DNA of 64,000 nt from Octopus sinensis (GCF_006345805.1 NC_042998.1:82274001-82338000); one strand, 5' to 3'. Numbered from the stretch's first letter, positions 13,216 to 25,943 are shown. The notes: generated by a model from the sequence alone, not told the origin. Numbers and translations: made by a program.

Positions 13216-13597
13216 ATAAATGTAAAAATAATGGTAGTAGACAAATAGAATTTTAATGTAACATATATTACTACAAAAGCATTTATCACTCAGTATGAGC
13301 ACCCTTTTGAGCAATTAATGCCTCCACACAAGAACGAAATTGTTCTGCAGCGGCCGCAACCTCCATCTTTTTGATTTTGCGTGTCGCACACACGATGCAG
13401 ATCTTCAAACTGTTGACACTCGAGTGTGGTGAAGCATTAGTTCTTGCTTGGACTACGCCCCATAAAATGTAATGGAGAAATTTGAGATCTAGGCATTAAT
13501 TGCTCAAAAGGGTGCTCATATTGAGTGATAAATGCTTTTGTAGTAATAAATGTTATATTAAAATTCTATTTGTCTACTACCATAATTTTATATTTAT
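13216..13597. mobile_element. Foldback/MITE-like element with ~108-bp inverted repeats
   Basis: 13216-13323 (atggtagtagacaaatagaattttaat...gagcaattaatgcct) is the reverse complement of 13491-13597. Confidence 0.8.
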
Positions 13598-13756
13598 AAC
13601 CAGTTTTATGCATTGTAAAAATTGTCTCGATTTACCTGCAACACCCTGTGTAGGTGTATATTCCTACATACATACATACATACATACATACATACATACA
13701 TACATACATACATACATACATACACACACATACACACACACACACATATATATATA

Positions 13757-13924
13757 CGACGGTATTCTTTCAGTTTCCCTCTACCAAATCCAATCACAAG
13801 GTTTTGGTCGGCCAGAAGCTATTGTAAAAGACACTTGGCCAAGGTGCCACGCAGTGGGGCTGAACCCAGGACCATGTGGTTGGTAAGCAAGCTATTTACC
13901 ACACTTACCCACTCCTACACCTAT
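13757..13924 (-). mobile_element. SINE family A, tRNA-derived head
   Basis: Reverse strand reads ggagtggg..tgtggtaaatagcttgcttaccaaccacatggtcctgggttcagccccactgcgtggcaccttggccaagtgtc (A/B boxes). Confidence 0.85.
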
Positions 13925-13941
13925 AAAATACTATTATTACT

Positions 13942-14004
<63 letters not shown>

Positions 14005-14194
14005 TATGTATATGTATGTATGTGTGTGTATGTATGTATAATTAAGTATAGCTAACTATTGAACAGCGCGAAGAAAATGTGTATCAAAATGAATGTGCTT
14101 CACATGAATAACAGAAATATATATATAACAACTAATTCATTGTACAAAATATAAGCCGGCTACTGATGACATCTTAACTTAAATAACTTAGATT

Positions 14195-14460
14195 GGTTTC
14201 GACCATTATCGGCCCACGCCATGATTAACTCATTAGCACCACCTGGAAAAGTCTTTTAGTTAATTATTTCGGGACGCCATGGACCACTCAAGAAGAGAGT
14301 TGATACTATTTGAGACGTATCCAGGTGTAGGTGGTTTATCCTGTATTTCCTAGAGAAACTTTTCCAGGTACCGTTTGAAAGTTGTGGATTCTTTTTCTAC
14401 TTTATTTCCTTTCGGGGTAACATTGAAAGGAGCGGGACCATTTGTAGTGTTGAAATGTTT
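14195..14460 (-). mobile_element. CR1-like LINE 3' end (ORF2 C-terminus and tail)
   Basis: Reverse translation NGPAPFNVTPK...TTFKRYLEKFL*EIQDKPPTPGY matches the end of the LINE at 42270-43260 (KGPQLFNIL...LNRFLSEIPDEP). Confidence 0.65.
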
Positions 14461-15199
14461 TTATGTGATGTGATTTCGACCTCTGTAGGGGACGCATTGC
14501 ACGGGGGTCTTGTGTGAATTGTAAATATATACTGATATAATTTGGATAATATTGGATAACCTTTTAGTTTTAAATCTAACAAGTATCTGTCTCCTCTCTT
14601 TTTATATATATCGTTTGGAAGCAAAACCAAAGGCAGCAAGCCCTATTTAACCTTAGATAAAATTGTTAGGTCATGTGAAATTCACTCCAAAGTAATGTTT
14701 CTCAAGTTACATTCCAAAAGATATATGAACGTACTTTTCTTTAAATATGTACTACAATGTTAACCCAAAACATTTACGGACATTCCTTGACTTAAAATAG
14801 CGCAGAAAAAAATAACAATCTAATATTCAGTAATATGGTTCTCAATATTAATGAGAGAAAAATATATAGCAAATGCTGTCAGAAGACTCAGAAAAAGAAA
14901 AGCAGATATATATCTCTAATTGAAATTAAGATATATTTAGCCAGTTGTGGTCATTATATCATTATAGTGGTATGATTTTGGTATAATTGTAAAAGAAAAG
15001 GCATACTTCTGAGTATCCATTAAAGTCTTCGTGCATGTAAGTGTGCGTAGATTGAGTGTGTCTATGTGTATCTGCATATATGTGTGTGCATGAATGTATG
15101 TTTGCATATATATTTATTATCATAATCAAGAATATTCTTGAGAGGGAATTCGAAGTTTCGGCCAGTGAAGCTAACGTTGGGCCGCGATGCATTGCAGTT

Positions 15200-15600
15200 T
15201 ATATAATCTCTGTTAATAAAATTTGGCCATACATTCTTGTGTCATTCTTGTGTCATTCTTGTTTTCAAGGTTTTGCTTAACTTCCTGAAAAATTCTGGTG
15301 TCCTGATAGAATCAGAGCGTTTGGAATGTTTTTACGTTTTGATACAGATAATACAGTTTCACCTTTTTCTCTAGCTCACACCAAATCTTGAGGACAAAAG
15401 ATCTTGCAACTTTCAGAAAAAGAGAAATTTCTAAATCACCATGCTTAGCCTTCAAAGCCACAATCACAGCATCCCTTTTCATTTCATTAGTAAGCATAGG
15501 ACCTGTCATTGTTATTTTCTGAAATAGACGTTGAATAAACGTTAGTCAAATAAAATAATGTCTAAAAATGCATGTCTTCAAATACCGTCCGCACCCTGTA
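15200..15600 (-). mobile_element. Tc1/mariner transposon 5' fragment (TIR plus transposase N-terminus)
   Basis: Reverse strand starts TA-CAGGGTGCGGACGG (15600 downward); ORF 15312-15509 MKRDAVIVALKAKHGDLEISLFLKVARSFVLKI is HTH-like. Confidence 0.7.
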
Positions 15601-16971
15601 TATATACGAGTGCGTATATGTTTGTGTGTTTTCGATGATACGAAGGGAAATACCTCTTAAATTCTCAATATCATATAAGTACTTTTTTTCTATATTCATA
15701 TTCCACTAGAAATGTGTACCAAATTCCTGTTATGTTTAAAAGAAGTCTGTTTATTTACAAGAATTGATAATCAATTTAACAATTACTCATCGCCTTGATG
15801 AAAAAAGAAAAGGGATTAGATTTTTTATGTCACAGCACTTAATTGACACGACTCAGCTTTGCAAAGTTATATTTATTCTATTCTCAATATCTAAATGAGA
15901 TTGACAATTATATTTCACATTAATTTTTATGCTGAATTATTGCTATTAGATTTTTCTGGGAAGAAACCACAAATCTGCGATTGCCTACAGCAGTGGTCTA
16001 AACCTCTTTTAGTAAACCATATGTTAAAATTTTAGCTGGTTTTTCGGTGAAATCAGCCATCCGCATTCGTCTTAATAGAATAGAGATGAGGAGTACTATA
16101 GCACATAGATTTAATCGACGTTTTCCCCATCTTATTAATTACTTTTATACTTCAGTAACAAATTCATTTGTGAATCGAACAAATTAAGGTTCATCAGTAT
16201 TAACTTCTTATATCAGAAATCAATATTAGCAATCTATTGAGAATTAGAAAGTAATTGCGCGATATTCACATTTACACATCATCAGATTGGCACGGAAGAA
16301 TTTAGATCCATTTTCGCTAGGAAATGATATAAAATTGTAGACCTAGTTCGAGACAGCGCAGGCTCATGCGAGGCGTCAGAAGATAACGGCAACAAGATAT
16401 GTATTACAATTTCTTTTTTCTAATCAACATCTCAGTTCTAAATTTTGATATACTTAACAATTCTTTGAATAGTTGTCATGAATGGAGAAAAGCTGGGGTT
16501 TTTTTACTCATAGAGAAATATTTCTTGAAAAGATGCACAATGTCATATACAATAGTCAGGCCTGTATAATGAAAACATTTATAGTTTCCTTGCTAAAATT
16601 AGTAATTGCTCATTCTCTCTATGCTCCAGTGCGTCAGTTAGAGATTGTAACTGCACAAATAATATAATTCAGCTATGCTGTCATTTACATCGTGCTGTAG
16701 TTCCACTTCCAAATATAATTCTAGCTATACATTTAAAAAAAAAATTATTCATCTGTATGCATCGGAAAGTCTGATCATGTTCGCCCAGTATCTCCACTTC
16801 ACTTAGTTTCAGTTGTCTGCCTGTGAATGACATTCTTATTGGCTTCGTAATATTTCTGAAAAGAGTTTTTCTCAGACATTTTCTACTAATTTTACAGACT
16901 ATGTAAAAGACGTGTTAGCATGCAATTGCTCAATAATGAATTTATGTATATGTGTGTGTGTGTGTGTGTGT

Positions 16972-17007
<36 letters not shown>

Positions 17008-17018
17008 CGTGCGTGTAT

Positions 17019-17093
<75 letters not shown>

Positions 17094-17536
17094 ATATAAT
17101 ATATTATTCTTTATGAAAGTCATTAATATTTGAGCAAGAAGTGTACTATATCGATATCTGCTTCTATGTATATAATAGACTAATTTTATAACTACATATT
17201 TTCAGGTTAAAATTTCAAGTATTCGCTGGCATGATTCAGTAAAAATGTATCTGAAATGGAAAAAAAACAGTCTAATGAATTGAAGAGCTCAGCTATTGAT
17301 AAATATTTTTTACAGGTGAAAGAAAAATAAGGGCTACCAAATGGCTGTAAAATTAAAGTGACGAGGCACAAAATATACTATGATTATTTTAGCCTGCTTA
17401 CTCAACAATTTTATTCACTGTCGACCTCACCTAAAATTATTGCAACTCATTTTCCTTACTGTATAAACATGGAATCAACATGTGTTTAGTCAAAAGGTCA
17501 GAAATAACGATTATTATTTTGTATTATCATAAGGAA

Positions 17537-17889
17537 GTGGAGGCACAATAACCCAGTGGTTAGGGCAGCGGACTTGATTCCTAGTACGGGCGTTGTGAGT
17601 GTTTATTGAGCGGAAACAAATAAAGACCCGCAAGGCTCCGGCAGGGAGTGGTGGGGAACCCTGCTATACTCTTTCACCACAACTTTCTCTCAATCTTTCT
17701 TCTTGTACATGTATTTCAAAGGGCCAGCCTTTTCATACACACTGTATCACGCTGAATCTCCTCGAGAACTACGTTAAGGGTACACGTGTCGGGAGTGCTC
17801 AGCCCTTTACTCGTTAAATTCACGAGCAGGCTGTTCTGTTGCTCGGTTCAACTGGAACCCTCGTTGTCGTAACCGACGGTGTGCCACAA
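17537..17889 (+). mobile_element. SINE family C (tRNA-derived)
   Basis: ggaggcacaataacccagtggttagggcagcgg head and cacgagcaggctgttc...gtcgtaaccgacggtgtgccaca tail; second copy at 46025-46390. Confidence 0.85.
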
Positions 17890-18483
17890 TTATTAGAAAT
17901 ATTACGGAGACTAAACCATAGTCAGAAAATATTGATACAGTACTCAGACAGAAATTTTTTTATATCATAAAACTCCATGATTTGTCTGGTTCAGAAAATT
18001 ACATTAGCGTCACCAAATAATTATTGAGAGAAGATAAGCACATATAGTCCTAAACTCCAAAGAGACTCAGCGTTGAACATTGTGCTTAGTCAAAAGGCCC
18101 AATATAGAAAATGGGAAAATAAATTCACTTATCAATTTTAAAAGCTATCAGTGACTTTATTATTATGTTATGTTAACGTATATAATTCAATAAAAACTTA
18201 TTTCGACTTGACACAATTCATATCCTTCTCGGTTTATGACGTAACCTGTAGACTGCGATAAAATATAGTACATGTATGTATGTGTAAGTGAAACATATTT
18301 GTGCATGTTAAGGTGCATGCATATAAAACCTATTCTGCACACGACACAATGAATTCCCATTTTTGTTCCATCCTTTCATTAAACGAAAGTGCATACGCAT
18401 ATACATACATACATAGATACATACATACATACTTCCACACACACATACACACACACACACACACGCACGTATATGTATGCAAT

Positions 18484-18527
18484 GTCCCAGCATGGCCGCA
18501 ATCAAATCATTGAAACAAAGTAAAAGG
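18484..18527 (+). mobile_element. SINE family A 3' tail fragment
   Basis: cccagcatggccgcaatcaaatcattgaaacaagtaaaag. Confidence 0.65.
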
Positions 18528-21407
18528 TAGAAGATAATATATATATAGATACATACATATAAGCACATGTGCGCGCACACATGCACAGATATATTCCTAT
18601 AATGCTCTATAGTGCATGTCTATAAAGTTATTAACCAACACCGTTACAAAGTTAATATATGTAAACGCACTAAGCTCGTATCCTGGCAAAAAAAAAAGAG
18701 TATGATGTGTTGTATGTTTTGATCTGGTTGGATTTTCTGTAAGCAACTGTTTACCTTCCTTAACAATCCACGAGGTCTTAAAGTATATTGAAAAAATGAA
18801 TTAGCAGATTTTACACTTTTCCAGAAAGAGAATTGCGATTAATGCAATTTTCTTCCTCGAAATTAACACAATATTGATTAATGTAGTTTTGATCTCACAA
18901 TCTATATTATGAATAGTCTTCAACTGACATCAAGCACTCTCATTTAGTTTGCAGAGTATTTGTGGACTAACTAATCCAGCCAGCATTGTTGTATTTCATT
19001 TCTGTTATCGGAATTGTTTGGATGTCCATAGTGTTACATGATGTTGAAGTTATGTTCATGATTTACAATGCAATATGATGGGCAACCAACACGAAAACAA
19101 TTCATGCGCTCATATTGATGTTCATTCATCTGTATGAAAATAGTTATATACTAAGTACAATATGATAAATATTATATAACATATACTAAGACAATTCATA
19201 ATCATTCCTCAACTAGGCTGCTGGTTAGTTTTCTATCATACTACGTTATGTATATTTATACTAAGAGAAAATCACTTCAAACCTGATTCATTAAACTATT
19301 ATTCCCTCTACATGGCTAATCAGAAACACTGATTATTGTTTTGTATTATTATAAGAAATATTATGGTCACTAATAGCATTATCATAAAAAAATGTATATT
19401 TATAAAGTACTCAGACAGAAAGTTGTTTTTTTTCTCATAAAGCTCTGTAACTTGTCTGGCTGAGAAAACTACATTAATGACACCAAATATTTATTGAGAA
19501 TAGATAAACACAAAATTCCAAAGAGACTCAGCGTTGAATATTTCAGTTAATTTCGTTAAAATTAAATCAAGGCAAGTAGGCTATAAATCAGCAGTATATT
19601 TCAAATTTTATGTAAAAACTAGAAAAATAGTAATGTTGTCTTCTATTAACTCGTGTGTATAACATTGATAATATCTATATGTGTGGTATATGATGCAATT
19701 GTTAAGGACACTCACTGTTTTTTAAGTCATCTCGGTCTTGTAAATTTATTTCATTCTTAATCGCCGGCCTGTGTAACTTTATATTGTGGTACGATGGTGA
19801 GCAAGAGATCACTGCAATAGTTACAAGTTCTCTAACAACGAATCTATGTGAATAAATTCCTATAAATATATAACATATAACTACACCACAATAGCTTCCG
19901 TTGAAAAATTTACTTATATAAGAAATTTTTTCAACGGTGTTCCAAATGTCTAATGTCTATCGAAACCTAATTCTTACTGTTTCTTCAATATTTCTTAATC
20001 AATAACTCTGAGGCTTTAATATTTTATAATATTTAGATTTTTGTATTTCATTTAAAGAAGTTGCCTAAACACTATAAATAACGATTCTAAGCCATGCTCA
20101 ACAAAACATTTATTTTAAATTTTGTCAGAAAAGTTAAAAAAGAACCTTTTATTTCCAGAAACTGGTTTTCGTTTTAATAATGCCAGCACGAAATATTTTT
20201 ATAACAAAATAAAAGATGCTTTAAAACAGCCCAGAAAACCTGATTGTTATCGTAATATAATGGTGATAAAAAAATGAGAAAAATTTTTTAACTCGTCTTT
20301 AAGAGCTGAGTTACAAAGGGAATTAATTAAATTCTATAATTGAAACGTTTGCAATGTTTATAACAATATTATATTTAAAATGTTTTATTAAAATATTTCT
20401 AACCATTAATTATAATAATGACTTTAATGTCAAATTGTTTTTTATAAAATTATAAACGCTTTTGGTCCAAAAAGAGATTGATCAGATTTGTAAATTAAAT
20501 TCCCTTTCAGTAAACATGGCAAATATTTCAGAGTGCTAATATTTTTTTTTTTTACATGAAGGATTTCAGAATCAATTACAAATAGGATTAGATCAACATT
20601 TTAATGGACTGCACTCTATAGTGGAACATATTGGAACATATATCTTACCCAATCTAATACATATCAATAACTTGTCACAACAATATTTCGACAGACAAAA
20701 CTTTATTAAATACTTGATTTTCAAAAAAGAAAAAAACATTGCTGTTTGCAATTATGTAGTTAAATTTTTCGAAGTGTATCCAAATGTTTTCCATATCATT
20801 TTAAACTAAATACATGTTAGGAGATTCATATGAAAACTGTTCAAAACGGGAATTCTAAATAAAATCCCTGTTTTAGTTCCTACCTGTAATTACGTTTTCT
20901 GTAGACGAATATTACAGATTAATCTTAACATGTTGAGAGCTGCCACTTTATTTCATATCATGCAGTTGTCATTTATTCTTCCCCTTACTCGGAACCTTCC
21001 CTACGTTTTCATCTGGAGTTTATAGTCGACTAATGAATAAGTGCAGTGGATCTGTGTCACTACGATGAAAAATTCAGTATTCAGTCAGTACTTGTGGGTC
21101 TGTGCATGACTGAAAGTACGAATTTGTCAATATACATTGTCGGTGCACAGGTGTGCTATCCTTGACTCTATCTTGGTGCTTTTACTGTTTAAATACCTAA
21201 TTAATTCGGATCCTGAAAATCGTATATATATATAAAGTAAAGGCTATTTTCCAACATAATGTGGTTGTCCTGAAACGGACGATGTTAATGTTGTTTACCT
21301 CGGGAGACATCGTTTATAGCTGGCTATACGATACAATATCTGTGTCCTTATATTTTCGAACAGGGAATTCCGCACTCCCATCTAGCACAAAACAATATCT
21401 ATAATAT

Positions 21408-21447
21408 CTATGGACCGATTTCTGGGTTATTTCCTTTATCAACACAG
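21408..21447 (-). ncRNA. Type I HHR, U3-A8 core variant
   Basis: Reverse strand: ctgtg-TTGATAA-aggaaataaccca-GAAA-tcgg-TC-catag. Confidence 0.7.
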
Positions 21448-21671
21448 AGTAGCTGCTTGGCTAGATGGCGTTGCTGAATACACTGTTTGAATATATAGTT
21501 TTCAAAGCGACACACAGTCACGGATCTAAAAATAGAAATATTATTTCTAAGCTTCTCAAAGAGAGATATTGAGTAACAGCTCTTTAAAGTAAAGGCTATT
21601 TGCCAACATAATGTGGCTGTCCTGGAAGGGACAATGCTACTGTTGTTTAGCCATCTAGCCAAGCAACTACT

Positions 21672-21712
21672 CTGTGTTAATAAGGCGCAATAACCCAGAA
21701 ACCGGTTCACAG
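21672..21712 (+). ncRNA. Type I HHR, U3-A8 variant (decayed inverted copy)
   Basis: ctgtg-TTAATAA-ggcgcaataaccca-GAAA-ccgg-TT-cacag. Confidence 0.6.
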
Positions 21713-21918
21713 ACATTGTTTTGTGCTAGATGACGGTGATGAACTCTCTGTTCGAAAATATAAGGACACAGATATTGTGTCGTGTAGCCAGCTAGAGACA
21801 ATGATTCCTGGGGCTAAACAACAGTAATATTTTCTCTTCCAGGACAGCCACATTATGTTAGCAAATAGCCTTTACCTTAAAGAGCTGTTACTGAATGTTT
21901 CCCTTTGAGAGATTTAGA

Positions 21919-21949
<31 letters not shown>

Positions 21950-22099
21950 TTAATAATAATAATAATAATGATAATAATAATAATAATAATAATAACAACA
22001 ACAACAATAATAATAATAACAACAACAATAATAATAATAACAACACCAACAACAATAATAATAATAATGATAATAATAATAATAATGATGACAATAATG

Positions 22100-22163
<64 letters not shown>

Positions 22164-22172
22164 TAGCAATAA
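21919..22172. repeat. (AAT)n/(AAC)n/(GAT) microsatellite
   Basis: Directly visible. Confidence 0.95.
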
Positions 22173-22407
22173 TATATGTAATAGAAATATTAAAATTACT
22201 AAGTCTCTTTAAAGGAGATTACGGCAGCGTTACTGGATATTAATAGTTATCGCCATACTAATATGGCAGTCTATAAATAAGACTAAAGCTGTCGCTGATT
22301 AGCTCCAAGAGGCCATCGCTTCTAGCTAGCTATATGACACACGAACCTGCGTCCATTACAACCTTCGAACAGGGGAGGTCAGCCGCTTCACCTTGCTAGT
22401 CAGACAT

Positions 22408-22448
22408 CTGCAGACATGTTTCAGGGTTGTTGCCATTTACCAATGCAG
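22408..22448 (-). ncRNA. Type I HHR, U3-A8 variant (inverted copy, two substitutions)
   Basis: Reverse strand: ctgca-TTGGTAA-atggcaacaaccct-GAAA-catg-TC-tgcag. Confidence 0.6.
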
Positions 22449-22635
22449 CGTAGACTGCCATATTAGTATGGCGATAACTATTAATATCCAGTAACGCTGC
22501 CGTAATCTCCTTTAGAGAGACTTAGTAATTTTAATATTTCTATTATTGAAAACAAGTGGATGTATTCCACTGTAACTAGGTAAATAAAATCTTCGAACAG
22601 ACGGTCAGTAGCGACACCTGCTGGTTCTGACTACG

Positions 22636-22676
22636 CTGCATTGATAAAGGGCAACAACCCTGAAACATGTCTGCAG
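22636..22676 (+). ncRNA. Type I HHR with U3-A8 core, structurally intact
   Basis: ctgca-TTGATAA-aggg-caacaa-ccct-GAAA-catg (palindrome)-TC-tgcag; stems I and II pair perfectly, GUC site. Confidence 0.8.
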
Positions 22677-23405
22677 ATGTCTGACTAGCAAGGTGAAGCG
22701 GCTGACCTCCCCTGTTCGAAGGTTGTAATGGACGCAGGTTCGTGTGTTATATAGCTAGCTAGAGGCCATGGCCTCTTGGAGCTAATCAGCGACAGCTTTA
22801 GTTTTATTTATAGACTGCAATATTAGTATGGTGATATCTATTAATAATATATATATATATATATAAAGATTTAGTTTAATTAGGTACTACCAAAGCGACC
22901 ATAGTAAAATCTCAAGAATAGATCAGAGTAGTAACTATACTAACAAGTAAATTCAATCGCCACATCAAAGTGGCTGTTCCATGTTACTACTAGTTTAACC
23001 CCAGGCAGATCTTCCACCGGTTGGTTACCGGAGCGAATTACAACCATCCTCTAGTAGACAACAGGATCAAAAGACTGACTCTGTTTCGATCTAGTTGGCC
23101 CGTCTTCACGAGCACCTGGTTAACAGAGCGATTACCAGGGTCTGCTCCAGCTAAGATAATACTGTAAATAAAGCGACCATCGACTTTACTTCTTTTATGG
23201 AACATATATTTATATAATAGTATGTGCTCCATTTACAGCCACTAAACTGATAGTTTAACCAGACTAATATTCACCCATTTCTGTGCCTTTCTGATATTCT
23301 TATATAATCCGTCTGTTTTTATTATTTTGTGCAATATATATGCACACAATCATGCACATATACACATACACATACAAACACACACATGTATATGTGTATG
23401 TGCAT

Positions 23406-25879
23406 GAGAGGACCCGGCAGGACTAGTCAGGCCATATCCCGTGGCCCCTACCTGGGACGTAGTCGATCCACCTGTGCATACCTTCCTTCTTGTGACACTT
23501 GTGAAGACCTGCTGAGGCAAGTGAAAATCAATGAAAATAGATGAACATCAATGGAATTTGTATCTTTGTGGTACCAGTGCCTGTAGCACACAAGAAAACC
23601 ATCCGAACGTGGCCGTAGCCAGTACCGCATCGACTCGCCTCCGTGCTGTGGGAACATGGTGGCACATAAAAACACCATCCGAAGACCCGGCAAGACTAGT
23701 CAGGTCATAACCCGTGGGCCCTACCTGGGACGTAGTCAGTCCACCTGTACATACCTTCCTTCTTGCGACACTTGTGAAGACCTGTTGAGGCAAGTGAAAA
23801 TCAAAACAAATCAAAATAGATGAACATCAATGGAATTTGTATCTTTGTGGTACCAGTGCCGGTGGCACACAAGAATCCATCCGAACGTGGCCGTAGTCAG
23901 TACCGCTTGTGGTACCAGTGCCGGTGGCACACAAGTATCCATCCGAACGTGGCCGTAGTCAGTACCGCATCACTGGCCATCGTGCTGTGGGCACATAACA
24001 AACACCATCCGGTCGTGGCCGTTCGCCAGCCTCATCTAGCACCTGTGTCGGTGGCACATAAAAAGTAGTCAGTACCGCTTGTTGTACCAGTGCCGGTGGC
24101 ACTCAAGAATCCATCCGAACATGGCCGTAGTCAGTACCGCATCAGTGGCCATCGTGCTGTGGGCACATAACAAACACCATCCGGTTGTGGCCGTTCGCCA
24201 GCCTCATCTAGCACCTGTGTCGGTGGCACATAAAAACACCATCCGAAGACCCGGCAAGACTAGTCAGGCCATAAACCATGGCCCCTACCTGGGACGTAGT
24301 CAGTCCACCTGTGCATACCTTCCTCCTTGTGATACTTGTCAAGGCCTGTTGAGGCAAGTGAAAATCAAAATCAAAATCAAATCAAAACAAATCAAAGTAG
24401 ATGAACATCAATGGAATTTGTATCTTTGTGGTACCAGTGCTAGTGGCACACAAGAGAAAACCATCCGAAAGTGGCCGTAGCCAGTACCGCATCGACTGGC
24501 CTCCGTGCTGTGGGCACATGACAAACACCATCCGATCGTGGCCGTTCGCCAGCCTCATCTAGTACCTGTGTCGGTGGCACATAAAAACACCATCCGAAGA
24601 CCCGGCAAGACTAGTCAGGCCATAACCCATGGCCCCTACCTGGGACGTAGTCAGTCCACCTGTGCATACCTTCCTTCTTGTGACACTTGTGAAGACCTGT
24701 TGAGGCAAGTGAAAATCAAAATCAAAACAAATCAAAATAGATGAACATCAATGGAATCTGTATCTTTGTGGTACCAGTGCCGGTGGCACACACTTTGTGG
24801 TACCAGTGCCGGTGGCACACAAGAGAACCATCCGAACGTGGCCGTAGCCAGTTCCGCATCGACCGGCCTCCGTGCTGTGGGCACATAACAAACACCATCC
24901 GATCATGGCCGTTCGCCAGCCTCATCTGGCACCTGTGTCGGTGGCACATAAAAACACCTTCCGAAGACCCGGCAAGACTAGTCAGTCCACCTGTGCATAC
25001 CTTCCTTCTTGTGACACTTGTGAAGACCGGTTGAGGCAAGTGAAAATCAAATCAAAATCAAAATCAAAATAGACAAAATAGATGAACATCAATGGAATTT
25101 GTATCTTGTGGTACCAGTGCCTGTGGGACACAAGAAATCCATCAGTGCTGTAGTCAGTGCGGTGGGCACATGACAAACACCATCCGATCGTGGCCGTTCG
25201 CCAGCCTCATCTAGCACCTGTGTCGGTGGCACATAAAAACACCATCCGAAGACCCGGCAAGACTAGTCAGGCCATAACCCATGGCCCCTACCTGGGGCGT
25301 AGTCAGTCCACCTGTGCATACCTTCCTTCTTGTGACACTTGTAAAGACCTGTTGAGGCAAGTGAAAATCAAAACAAATCAAAATAGATGAACATCAATGG
25401 AATTTGTATCTTTGTGGTACCAGTGCCGGTGGCACGTGGCACACAAGAAAACCATCCGAACGTGGCCGTAGCCAGTACCGCATCGACTGGCCTCCGTGCT
25501 GTGGGCACGTAACAAGCACCATCCGATCGTGGCCGTTTGCCAGCCTCATCTGGCACCTGTGTCGGTGGCACATAAAAAAACCATCCGAGCGTGGCCGTCT
25601 GCCAGCCTCGTCTGGCACCTGTGTCGGTGGCACATAAAAAACACCATCCGAGCGTGGCCGTTTGCTAGCCTCGTCTGGCACCTGTGTCGGTGGCACATAA
25701 AATCACCCACTACACTCTCGGAGTGGTTGGCGTTAGGAAGGGCATCCAGCTGTAGAAACACTGCCAGATCTGACTGGACTGGTGCAGCTTTCGGGCTCCG
25801 CAGACCCCAGTTGAACCGTCCAACCCATGCTAGCATGGAAAGCGGACGTTAAATGATGATGATGATGATGATGATGATG

Positions 25880-25880
<1 letters not shown>
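23406..25880 (+). repeat. Complex modular tandem array (~300-bp higher-order unit of ~50-bp modules) ending in an RTE/Ceph-domain-like SINE body with (GAT)n tail
   Basis: Repeats of gaagacccggcaagactagtcag...cttgtgaagacctgttgaggcaagtgaaaatc and ggtggcacataaaaacaccatccga; ends gagtggttggcgttaggaagggcatccagctgtag...catggaaagcggacgttaaatgatgatg. Confidence 0.85.

Positions 25881-25943
<63 letters not shown>

Larger units (their letters stand above)
17500..19540 (+). repeat. Old local duplication (17500-18080, interrupted by SINE C, versus 19320-19540)
   Basis: Shared cagaaa..gattatt.ttttgtatta, gtactcagacagaaa, ttgtctgg, caccaaata, tccaaagagactcagcgttgaa. Confidence 0.7.
21233..21921 (-). mobile_element. 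Non-coding HHR element: ~352-bp unit with terminal redundancy plus inverted 5' fragment (21649-21921)
   Basis: taaagtaaaggctatt..caacataatgtgg at 21233 and 21585; 21649-21921 is the reverse complement of the unit; (TA)n at left end. Confidence 0.8.
22180..22846 (+). mobile_element. Non-coding HHR element: inverted 5' fragment (22180-22453) plus 360-bp unit with terminal redundancy, ending in (TA)n
   Basis: tagactgc.atattagtatgg.gata.ctattaata at 22451 and 22811; 22180-22453 is near-identical reverse complement of unit sequence. Confidence 0.85.

Noticed and set aside
14195-14240. Minus-strand ctaatga...gaaac hammerhead-like motif
   Set aside because: No stem I or III; better explained as the stem-loop tail of the adjacent CR1-like LINE.
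20885-21212. Possible minus-strand exon bounded by ttttcag and cag/gtagga
   Set aside because: No sustained reading frame and no supporting neighbouring exons; cannot be supported without transcripts.
21888-22243. Poly-Asn, poly-Leu and poly-Ile ORFs
   Set aside because: Translations of an (AAT)n microsatellite.
24540-24585. Resemblance of ggccg..ccagcctc..ctggc to the HDV ribozyme 5' half
   Set aside because: I could not build P1, P2 and P1.1 of the nested double pseudoknot; treated as superficial.
23580-25700. CRISPR-like alternation of a constant ~25-nt motif with ~30-nt variable segments
   Set aside because: The spacers recur many times, there are no cas genes, the context is eukaryotic and the array ends in a retroposon tail.
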